A stretch of 64,000 nucleotides of DNA from assembly GCA_951406725.2 (NCBI GenBank), contig OX597819.1, positions 65,968,001 to 66,032,000 of the forward strand, read 5' to 3'. Position numbers and translations under genes: made by a program. The number at the start of each line of letters is the position of its first letter. Position 1 is the stretch's first letter. Positions 53,808-64,000 of the stretch are shown one piece after another. This DNA is from Octopus vulgaris (lineage: Eukaryota). The notes under the pieces are model-generated. The model was given only the letters and a program-made list of their open reading frames with translations, ran no database searches and was not told the DNA's origin.

Positions 53808-55011
53808 ATATGATAAGAAATAAAGGAAATACTTACAAACACCCATGGAAAAAAGCAGAAGCAAGAATCATGTGTACACATAAGTACCCCAGTTATATCT
53901 AAATATAAAATTCCTTAGCGAGCCCCAGCACACGTCAGATCGGTCACACAAACCACAGCTTAGAGTGGTCACCAGTCTCGAAGTAATGGAATTAAGAAGT
54001 AAAGATATATATACACACCACCATGTGGCTTAGTGGATAGGGGGTTGCTCATGTGATCTACCATGTGTGATTTCAATTTCTAGACTGGGTGGTGTGTTGT
54101 TCTTGAGCAAAACATTTCATTTTGTGTTGCTGTGCAATCATTTCGACACCTGACCTGTGGTTACACAGTATATCTGTTCAGGTGATGCTGATTTGAGGGA
54201 GAGATTGTGCTAATGTGTGGCACATACATTTGATCACTCTAAACAAATCATTTGTGCAGGTCGGTCAGCAAACGCTGAACGCTCGTATATCGTCTTCGAC
54301 AGGAGAGTCCGTCGTGTTTGTGTGTGTGTTTGTTTCCTTGTCTTGACATGATGTGATAGTTCCAAGTACAGTGTGATCTCAAATATAAATGCCTCCTCCC
54401 CGCCCCCTCTATTTGCATCTAAAAAGCAATAACGTATTTTATCCACACTATTTATTTTATTTTTGCTAGAGTGTAATACCATTCTCTTCACAAATTTTAA
54501 CTCTTGATCTTTTGTATTAAATTTCTCACATTATACACAAACAAATAAGGTGGATATAAAGTCCTTCACACTGATGCGTACATATTTACACAATATCTTT
54601 CAGATATTAATGACTATAATAGTTTGTAGTACAAAATATATTCAAATATTAGCTGTATACATAAAAAGAAACCTCTTCATTCATATAGTTATAGAGGGAG
54701 GAACACAATAACTTCTCAGAGATTGCCGGCTGTAATAGTTAATAAAATAATCTATATTAAAATATTACAGCACATCGATAGAATTATATTTATTGATACG
54801 GGTACATAGCAACTGAGTTTCTTTCAGATGTTCTTAATACACAATATACTCAAAATTTGACCACAAATGTGAAATGTAATTTTCACACCATAGGTACATA
54901 GCAACAGAATCTCTCTTTTAGATATCAGTGTGACTATAATAGTTTCCAGTACGAAATGCATTCACATATTACAGTTGTCAGTGAAAATATATTTTGCGTC
55001 TATTTGTTAAC

Positions 55012-55521
55012 TTATTTACGTTATTTACATATAAAGCTAGAAGAGTAATGGAAAGGGCAGGACATGCCCTTGTCCGTGAAAGGATCCATTACAATCGTTG
55101 GAAAAAACAGCAACTAAATAATTAAATCAAAGAGAGGTTATCTTAATTACTTAATGTAAATAATGTAAATAATTCCTCATCTCTTAAATATAGAACTGTA
55201 TTATCTAAGTGGTACGAAGCCGACATTAGACTTCAATGGAGACTTATAGAGAAACTCCATCAAAAATTAGCTCGTCTTTCAAACCTTCTAACTTTCCTGT
55301 GTAGATGTAGCGACTCAAAGCTAATACCACCTTGAATATAATGATGCCAGTGGATTCATATAAAGCTAGAAGAGTAGCAGAAAGGGTAGGAAATGCCCTT
55401 GTCCATGAGAGGATCCATTGCAACTGTTGGAAAAAACATCAACTAAATAACGAAATCAAAGAGAGGTTATCTTCATTACTTAATGTAAATAATTCCTCAT
55501 CTCTTAAATATAGAACTGCAC
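55012..55521 (+). mobile_element. PLE fragment: 1.5 tandem copies of a 329-nt unit (pLTR tail + ORF N-terminus)
   Basis: YRTVLSKWYEADIRLQWRLIEKLHQKLARLSNLLTFLCRCSDSKLIPP / LNIMMPVDSYKARRVAERVGNALVHERI resembles Penelope/Poseidon N-terminal FLxRCxxxxLIP..LLRERI; flanked by TTGTTAACTT at 55004 and 55522. Confidence 0.8.
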
Positions 55522-55702
55522 TTGTTAACTTTTAGCCATTTTGTTATCATTTTCTGTTAAAATACATTGCTTTTTTTTCAGTTCATTTTGAAAAATAACA
55601 AAGAATTTGTTATAAAAATATCTTTGTCATTATTTAAGCTCAAAACATGGAATTTTCATGAAAGGTTTTAATTTAAATTACTACCAAGATCACTATTTTA
55701 GT

Positions 55703-56718
55703 TAGCATTTGAACTGACCGTATCTGGCCCAGATATTCTACTTGTCTTAAGCTCAAAATCAACCAGATCCAATCTTCCACATTTATCCGACAATGTCATT
55801 CTACAAGTAAGCAATCACGTCTCAAAGCTACAAAATAATGCACGATTAATTCAAAGAAATGTCAATAAATAAGAATTACATTTGACAGTAATCTGAGTGC
55901 TAAAGGATCAAAACAAGTAGTTAATTTCATAGCACCAGGGGTGGTTGCAGGGGCTTTGTTTTTAAAGGAGTTAAATTATTGATTCCAATATTTTTCATCT
56001 CTGTTGCGATGGAATGCAAGAGGTGCAGGTGCACATCAAATGTCACTCTTGTATAATTCCTGTATTAGTTAACCATTTATTTTAACATTCCTCTGTTAGC
56101 TATTCATAGTGTAAGTATGAAATAATCTCAAGGCTATATTTTTCATCCTTATCTTATATAAAACTCTTCACTGTTTCTCAATAAATAAATTTCCTGCAAA
56201 TCGTACCTTTACAATCCTCTTGAAAAAGTGATACATTTACCATCTAGCATTTAATCTGGCCATATCAGGCTGAAATATTCTGCCTGTTTTATGTTCAAAC
56301 TGGCCAGATCTGGCTTCTCGCACCTATCCTACAATCATCATCATATGTCCATGCTGGCATGCTGGAAGGCTGTGCCAGGCTCCAGTCTGACTTGGCATAG
56401 TTTTCTACGGCTGGATGCCCTTCCTAACACCAACTACTCTTATAGTGTAATGGGTGCTTTTACGTGCCACCGGCATGGGTGCCATCTGCATAACACAAGT
56501 ATCTGCCGTGACTGATCTTGCTGGGCTTGATGGGTCTTATTAATGCCAAAGGTCTTAATCATTGCTTCCATGAGGCCCAATGCTCAAAAGGAACTCAGCC
56601 ACTTTGCCTCTGTCTCACTAAAATATACAATCTCATTATCTGAAATCTTGAGGCTATGAGATAATTCATGATTAATTCAAAACAATGTGAACAAATAAGC
56701 CTGAATGCTAAACGGTGA
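55703..56718. mobile_element. Two degenerate copies of a MITE-like repeat (about 55703-55910 and 56237-56718, the latter interrupted by family C)
   Basis: Shared TAGCATTT..GGCC..ATATTCT start and GATTAATTCAAA..CTGA(A/G)TGCTAAA end. Confidence 0.5.
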
Positions 56719-56828
56719 AATGATATAGTCCTTAATATACTATGTCTGAATAGAAAAGTTTTGGCAAAAACTCCTTTCATCAGAAGACCTTTGAATCAAG
56801 ACTGACCTAGTATGAAACAACAATGCAG

Positions 56829-57338
56829 TTATTTACATTTGATGGATATTTGTCCTAATCTTGTTTGTGGGATGAAGTTAAAATAATAGAGAGAGAACAG
56901 CACTGGAAAATACGAAAACTAAAAGCAGCAGCACATATGCTAGGACACAACAACCTCCTAAGCAAACCGAGTGCAGATATGAGCAGCATATGGTGACCGG
57001 TATTAAGAAAGGATGGGAAAATATTAGATTTATAAGCCCTAAAATTCACTTCATAATTGCCCACGAGCATATGCTGTAGTAGTTAAGAGCACGGGCTACT
57101 AACCCCAAGATTCTGAGTTCAATTCCAGGCAGTGACCTGAATAATAATAATAATAATAATAATACCAACAACATCGAAAAATACCTTAAGAATGAGAAAC
57201 CCCAGTTCGAAATTTCCCCGAAACACCTGATGAAGGCTGGAGGGTATATCAGCCGAAACACTGTGTTAACAACAAACAAGATGAGGACAAATAATGTAAA
57301 TAATGTTGATAATTCCTCTTCTCTTAAATATAGAACTG
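56829..57338 (+). mobile_element. 5'-truncated PLE: inverted pLTR piece + GIY-YIG endonuclease C-terminus + full tRNA-HHR pseudo-LTR
   Basis: 56868-57035 encodes WDEVKIIEREQHWKIRKLKAAAHMLGHNNLLSKPSADMSSIW*PVLRK, like PLE WDxVKILxxExxWxxRKxKEAxH..IWxP; followed by tRNA head, (AAT)n, CTGATGA..GAAA (57227-57258) and tail. Confidence 0.85.
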
Positions 57339-57359
57339 AAGAATGGCAGTTTGAGTGAT

Positions 57360-57632
57360 AGTTGAGTAGTGGTTACATAATGGTGGTGGTCTTGGTAGTG
57401 GCATAATCTAGGAAGTGATGGTGGAGGTGATGGTAGTGGTAGTTGAGTGATGGTAGTGGCATGAGTGGTATGGGTAGTAGTGATAGTAGTTGCACAGGGG
57501 TGGTGGAAGTTTGATGGTTGTGGTGGTAGTAGCAGTGGCAGCAGTTGGATGGTATTGGTGGCATCAGTAGTAGTAGTATTCTGATGGTGGTGGTGGGGAT
57601 GCTGATGATGGTAGTGATGATGATGGTGATAG
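57360..57632. repeat. Degenerate (GGT)/(GAT)/(AGT)n triplet repeat
   Basis: Directly visible. Confidence 0.85.
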
Positions 57633-58869
57633 ATGAGAATTTCAGTGATAGCATTTGTACTCTAAATCTAAGACGGAGCACCTGCTTATCTTTTAAGAGT
57701 CCCTGTTTAAAATGAATTATACACACTCATACACATGTGCACCCCACCACCACCACACACACGTGCACGTTACAGTCAGATAAACGCGCAAATCAGATAA
57801 GGGGCAAAATATCATTCCATTGGTTAAGACTGTGAGGGTTTTAGTTGATTTGAATAATGGACCCATCTGCTCATAAAATTAACATGCAAGTGGCTGAGCA
57901 CTCCACAGAGATGCGTTGCCCTTAATTTAATTTCCAGGGAGATTCAGCATGACACAGAATACAACAATGCTGACCCTTTCCATAATGGGTACAACTCAGT
58001 CTTGCTAGCCAAGAGGATTGTAACAGCGTGAAGTAAAATGACTTACTCAAGCACACAACCCACATCCAAGGATTGAACTCCTAGCCTTACGATTGTGAGA
58101 CGAATACCCTAATATCTAAGCCACACACCTTCATAGATAAGAGGCACACAGATGTAAGAAAACACACACATATGTGCATTCACAAACACACCTTAAGAAA
58201 CACAGAAACATCACCACACTGGTGCACATACACACACACACACATTCAGAACGTGTCATAGCCAAGGGGCATAACTCAGTATGATGAGACATTTTGGAAG
58301 AAGCATGACTGCTTGCTCAACTTGGCAAATCATACCATGCTTATCTCCCTCCAGCATATAACAAGAAGGCCATCATCATTATAATTAACAGTTAATGTCC
58401 AATTTTGTTTGCATTGTATTGACCAATTGGAATTTTTGCTGATTTTTCTATGATTGAATGGCCTTCCTGTTGCCATTCTTCATTTATTTCCTTATAAAGT
58501 TAATTTCTTCTCCATGGCTAGGTATGTTTCCATGGCTAGATATATTTCTTTGACATTCTTGTCAAAGCTATCAGGAATATTTGTAGTGTATTGAGAACTG
58601 CATAATCATATATACCTTTCTGTGCATATACCAGATTTAGAATAGAAACCCTCTGCATGTTTGTTGAAAGAAACCGCTAAAAGCTTTCACAACAGATAGG
58701 AGCATTCTGACCATAATACTACATCATAGAAAACCTGCCCATCACTTTCCAGTATGGAAGAGAACCATATGATAACAATAGTGTGATTTTAAGTAGATTT
58801 GGCTACCATGTCTTGCAGATAAGGTGGATCACTACTTAAAAGTCTCCATCACTCTCTAAAGGTTTATAA

Positions 58870-59195
58870 TGTTTTGACAGCTTTCCTTGTCTTGTCCACT
58901 CTCATCCTTAATGTCATAGCTAAGGGACCATTGATGCATGCACCATCTCTGTCTATCAGTTCCTGTCTCTGGCCTTAGTTGTGCATTCTAGCTAGAAGAC
59001 TTCCCTCTAATATATGGGTGCTAAGATCCTGGCCCTGATGACATGCCCAAAATAATATTCCATTCTCTTCTTAACAGTTGCCAAAAATTCTTATTCAGCT
59101 CCCATTTCATCAAGTCTGACTCATTCGTGTGATGGTCAGTCCAGCTAATCCTCAGTTCTTTTTCAGTAACATGTTTCAAATGCTTTGAGCTTCAA
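58870..59195 (-). mobile_element. Degenerate RTE (BovB-like) LINE C-terminal relic
   Basis: KLKAFETCY, LRISWTDHHTNES and FLATVKKRMEYYFGHVIRA. Confidence 0.75.
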
Positions 59196-60129
59196 AATAG
59201 GTTTACAGTTATTCAACTATCTCTGTCGCATTCATATATTAACAGTTTAGATCTTAATCATAAAAAAATTGAAACCATTATTCTATGCTAATTTAGTTAA
59301 TTTTGTCAAGCTCCTTTTTCAGTTTGTAAGATACAAATTTAAATGTAAAGAAATTTAAAATGTCAATGCGATAACTGTAAACCTACTTTTGGGCCTGCAT
59401 GTATATATACATGTGTGTATACGGGTGTGTGTATATATATATATATATATAATATATTAATAAATAAAATAAAACATATGCATATATATAAACATATATG
59501 TACGTACCTACCTCTACATGTACATATACACGCATATATGAGTACAGGACACCAAAAAGGACGTCGAACACAATGAGAAACGAAAACATAGACACAAACC
59601 AAAGGAACTGGACATTTGTTTAAAAACAGCAATATATATATACACACACATTGATGCATGTTTGTGTGTATATATACATATTCACACCTATGCATATACA
59701 CAAATAAGGTATATGGACTTCTGTTTGCATGTAGTTTCTGTTTTTCTTAAAGCTGATGTGTGTGTATATATATATATATATGTATCTATGTATATATAAT
59801 AGACATTTGCAATCTTGCTTTTTATGCTTTCACCTCTTTTCCCCTTTCAAGCACACATGTTTACACGGGTGGGTGTGTGGGTGCTTGTGTGCATCTACAA
59901 AGTCCCCCTCCTCCACGAACCCACCCAAACATTATTTTTAAGTGGCTTCTGAAAAAATTTGAACTTTAGGTATTGCTTGCTGGGTGTGGCCAGTGTGTGT
60001 ATTGGTGTGGGGGTGGGCAGGGTGATGAACAGTTCAAGGAGAGCATGGTTTTAAAATATAAATTTCTCTTTCCCTCTTTCAAAGTAAATAAATAACTAAA
60101 TAAATGAGTTTTATTATCAGGGCAATATG

Positions 60130-60229
60130 TATTTGCATGTGTGTGTGTGTGTTTGTGTATGTGTATATACGTGTGTGTATATGTAAGTATTTGTGTGTTT
60201 GGGTATATGTGTGTGCCTGTGCGTAAGTA

Positions 60230-60263
<34 letters not shown>

Positions 60264-60507
60264 TAAGATTTTGTAAGTATTTGTGTTTGTGTATATGTAT
60301 GTATACACGTATGTGTGTATGGCTTCCTATATATGAATATAGGTAAATGTGTGTCTGTAAATATGTGTGTATATATATATATGTGTGTGTCTCTATATGT
60401 ATATGTGTGTGTGTCTATATGTATATATATATATATATGTGTGTGTGTCTATATGTAGATATATATATGTGTGTGTGTGTCTATATGTAGATATATATAT
60501 GTGTGTG

Positions 60508-60550
<43 letters not shown>

Positions 60551-61461
60551 CTGTATATGTGTATATATATATATATGTGTGTGTGTCTGTATATGTGTAT
60601 ATATATATATATGTGTGTGTGTCTGTATATGTGTATATATATATATGTGTGTGTGTGGCTTCATATGTATGAATATAGATAAATGTACGGCTGTAAATAT
60701 ATGTATATATATATATATCTGTGCGTCTGTATATGTATGTATATATATATATGTGTGTGTGCGTTATGTGTCTATATATATATATGTGTGTGTTTGTGCA
60801 TATAATATCTACATATGTGTATATATATGTGAGTGTGTATATATATATATCTGCATATGTGTTCATATATGTGTGTGTGTCTGTGTGTGTGTATTTATAC
60901 ATATATATATATATATATGTACATACATACACACACATGCACACAGCCCTTTTCATTGCTAGTTTTTGGGTAAAAGATAGGAAGTGCCTGCTTAAAGAAG
61001 AAACTAAAAATCAAGATTAAAAAACATATAAAAGAGTCTAAAACCATTCTGAAAGTTGATGGGGTGAAGAGTAGGTGGTGGTGGGGCTTGTGGTAACACA
61101 CTCTATCTTTTCTTATGCAGATGCTGTGGGGATGGAGAGTGAAGCGGGTGAAGAGAGAGATGGCTGGGTGGGGGTGGTAGTAAGTATATTTGGTGCTGCT
61201 TTATTTTTGTTGTGATAGGGGTTTGGGGGGAGAAAGTGTGTGTGTGCTGTAATTGCAAAGTAAGGAGTAAAAGATAAGGGACATATATGCTGTGTCTGTA
61301 TGTATGTGTGTACATATGTGTATATATTTGTGAATATTTCTATGTATGAATGTGTATGTGTATATGTCTGTACGTGTGTGTGTATATATGTAAATATCTC
61401 TGTATATGTGTTTGTGTGTATGTATATATGCGTGTGTTTAAATATATGTTTGGTTTTGTGC

Positions 61462-61510
<49 letters not shown>

Positions 61511-61628
61511 TGCGTCTGTATGTGTATATGAATATATGTGTCTGTCTGTAAATACACACACACACACATATATATATACATGTGTGGGTATGTGTATATA
61601 TATGTGTGTGTGGCTGTATATATGTTTT

Positions 61629-61660
<32 letters not shown>

Positions 61661-61708
61661 AGCGTGTGTGTGTGTGTGTATATATGTATATACATACATA
61701 TCTATATA

Positions 61709-61752
<44 letters not shown>
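60130..61752. repeat. Cluster of degenerate (TG)/(TA) microsatellites
   Basis: Directly visible, with a short non-repeat interruption at about 60945-61280. Confidence 0.88.
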
Positions 61753-61754
<2 letters not shown>

Positions 61755-62512
61755 GTTAAAGGAAATCCCCCAGCCTAAGAAGTGCAATTTAGTTTTCCCC
61801 CCCTCCCCTCTATCTTAAAAAGCTTGATCCTCTCAGTTATTTTCCTGCTAACTCCCTAACTACACTATCTTAATCTCTTCCACCTATGAAACTAAACAAA
61901 CAAAATGCTGTAAAGGTTAGATTGCTGGGTCTGGTTTATGTGCCTGTCATCAGAACACTAGATACTGAACCACCAATACCAACATCAAACACCACTACCA
62001 CCACTACCAGTATAGGACTGTCTTCACTATCACCATTATCATCTCCATCTCCACCACCACCACCACCACCAAAATCATCTCCAAGACCAGCACCATTTTA
62101 CCACCATCTCAGCTTTACAGTTTGACCTCTACAAAGAAATAGCAGCTAAGAATGTTCCTTAAATCAAATTCTGCTGTCTTGAAGGAACTCACACACACAC
62201 ACACACACACATATACATTCAATATAATGTACCCTTAACTTCTCTTCTGGTTAACCTTTCTTTATAAAACACTGCCCTCCAGATAAAAAGAAATATTTAA
62301 GAGCTTCTATAAATGTTAGTGCTTGTCTGGTTTATGAGCTGTCATTGAAACACTCCACCATTAAGTATAACATCACCACCTATACCACCACCACCACCAC
62401 CACCACAATTTGTCATCAAAACATAAAATGGCAAACTAGTCACACAACTACCAAACAACCATGTTAAGGATCCTCTTGCAAGAAATAGCAGCCAAATCTC
62501 TTTGAAATCAGG

Positions 62513-63020
62513 GTTGGCTGCGTGGTAAGAAGCTTGTTTCCCAACCACATGGTTCCAGGTTCAGTCTCACTGCATTGCACCTTGGGCAAATGTCTTCTAC
62601 TGTAGCTTTGGGCCAACTATGTGTTTATGTAGATGTTTGTGTGTGTGTGTGTGTGTGTATATGTAGATGTGTGTGTGTATATGTAGATGTGTGTGTGTAT
62701 ATGTAGATGTGTGTGTCTGTATGTAGATGTGTGTGTCTGTATGTAGATGTGTGTGTCTGTATGTAGATCTGTGTGTGTATGTAGATGTGTGTGTGTGTGT
62801 GTGTATGTATATGTATGGGTTTGCGTCTGTGTTTGTATCCCCACCATCGCTTGACAACCAATGTTAGTGTGTGGACGCCCCCTCCCCGTAACTTAACAGC
62901 TTGGCAAAAGTGACTGATAGAATAAGTACTAGGCTTACTAAGAACAGGTCCTGGGGTCGATTTGTTTGACTAAAGGTGGTACTTCAGCATGGCCACAGTC
63001 AAATGACTGGAGTAAAGAAC
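62513..63020 (+). mobile_element. SINE B with an expanded internal 20-bp minisatellite
   Basis: Head and tail flank (ATGTAGATGTGTGTGTGTAT)n. Confidence 0.85.
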
Positions 63021-63280
63021 AAAAAAAGAATACCATCTAAGTAAAGTGGAAAAAAAAATCTCAGAGAAGGACATAATGGAATATGTAATCTTAATCATCA
63101 TCATTGTCACCACATTCCTTAATGTCATCATAGAGGCATGTGTCACTTAAGTTTTCTGAGGCAAATGACCCTTTGTGTTTTTTACAAACACTGCAATAAA
63201 AATCTGTGGGTGTCTATGTGTATCCATAAATGTCTGTGTTTGGAAAAATAGAAAACAATCTGTTATCTATCTATCCATCC

Positions 63281-63410
<130 letters not shown>

Positions 63411-63417
63411 GCTATAT

Positions 63418-63580
63418 AGGCATAGGAGTGGGTGTGTGGTAAGTAACTTGCTTACAAACCACATGGTTCTGGGTTCAGTCCCACTGCGTGGCACCTTGAG
63501 GGACTGTCTTCTACTATAGCCTCGGGTCGACCAAAGCCTTGTGAGTGGATTTGGTCGGTGGAAACTGAAAGAAGCCCATC
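63418..63580 (+). mobile_element. SINE B 5' half
   Basis: AGGCATAGGAGTGGGTGTGTGGTAAG..GAAAGAAGCCC. Confidence 0.87.
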
Positions 63581-64000
63581 TCTCCAGACACAACAGTATA
63601 TATATATATTGTTGTATTTGGAGATGGTCATGTTGCCAGTTTAGCCTCTCTCTCTCTAATATATATATATATTAGCATACAAGCAAGAAAGTATATCTAT
63701 CTATATATAAAGTCAACATTTGTTTACCAAATTATCCTGATAACTCTATACGAAATTAATCCATTAAACATATTGATAAATCCTTAAGTAGTAATAATCA
63801 CTGTATTATAAAAGATGTGTTTTTTCAATAGAACTTGAGTAATTCAAATATAATACAAACAGCAAATAATTAATGTGGATTTAGTGCAAACCATTATATA
63901 TATCATACATTTCTTTATAATTATAAAGTTTATAATATATTCAGAGTACACTGTCTAATGTAATCCTTATTTATTCACATTGTTTTGGATTAATCATGCA

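Noticed and set aside
63696-64000. Helitron 5' end (TCTATATATAAAG)
   Set aside because: Adjacent to (TA)/(TATC) repeats, and no 3' hairpin-CTAG within the window.

Overview
Eukaryotic, very AT-rich, repeat-dominated genomic DNA. The SINE families and (TA)n/(TG)n/(AAT)n microsatellite load look like an octopus/coleoid cephalopod genome; this is an inference from remembered repeat families, not a database result. No host protein-coding gene can be assembled with confidence, and nearly all ORFs in the track are microsatellite or SINE translations. Supported content: one young 5'-truncated CR1/L2-group LINE with an uninterrupted 649-aa RT frame (33461-35410), at least four SINE families, several RTE and Gypsy relics, a Helitron, a Helentron/HINE-like element, hAT- and Merlin-type MITEs with TSDs, and a 28S rRNA fragment fused to a SINE. 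The most interesting signal is a Penelope-like retroelement (PLE) family that can be rebuilt from five loci. Its pseudo-LTR reads tRNA-like Pol III head, (AAT)n, ATG, minimal hammerhead ribozyme, tail. It sits directly after a GIY-YIG-type C-terminus and reads in frame through the ribozyme into a PLE N-terminus. Several other hammerhead motifs are present, including one with a fully intact core (53747-53807, minus). A marked CpG-rich to CpG-poor transition at about 28 kb suggests a host promoter near 27.6 kb. Repeat boundaries were read by eye and are approximate unless TSD/TIR positions are given.
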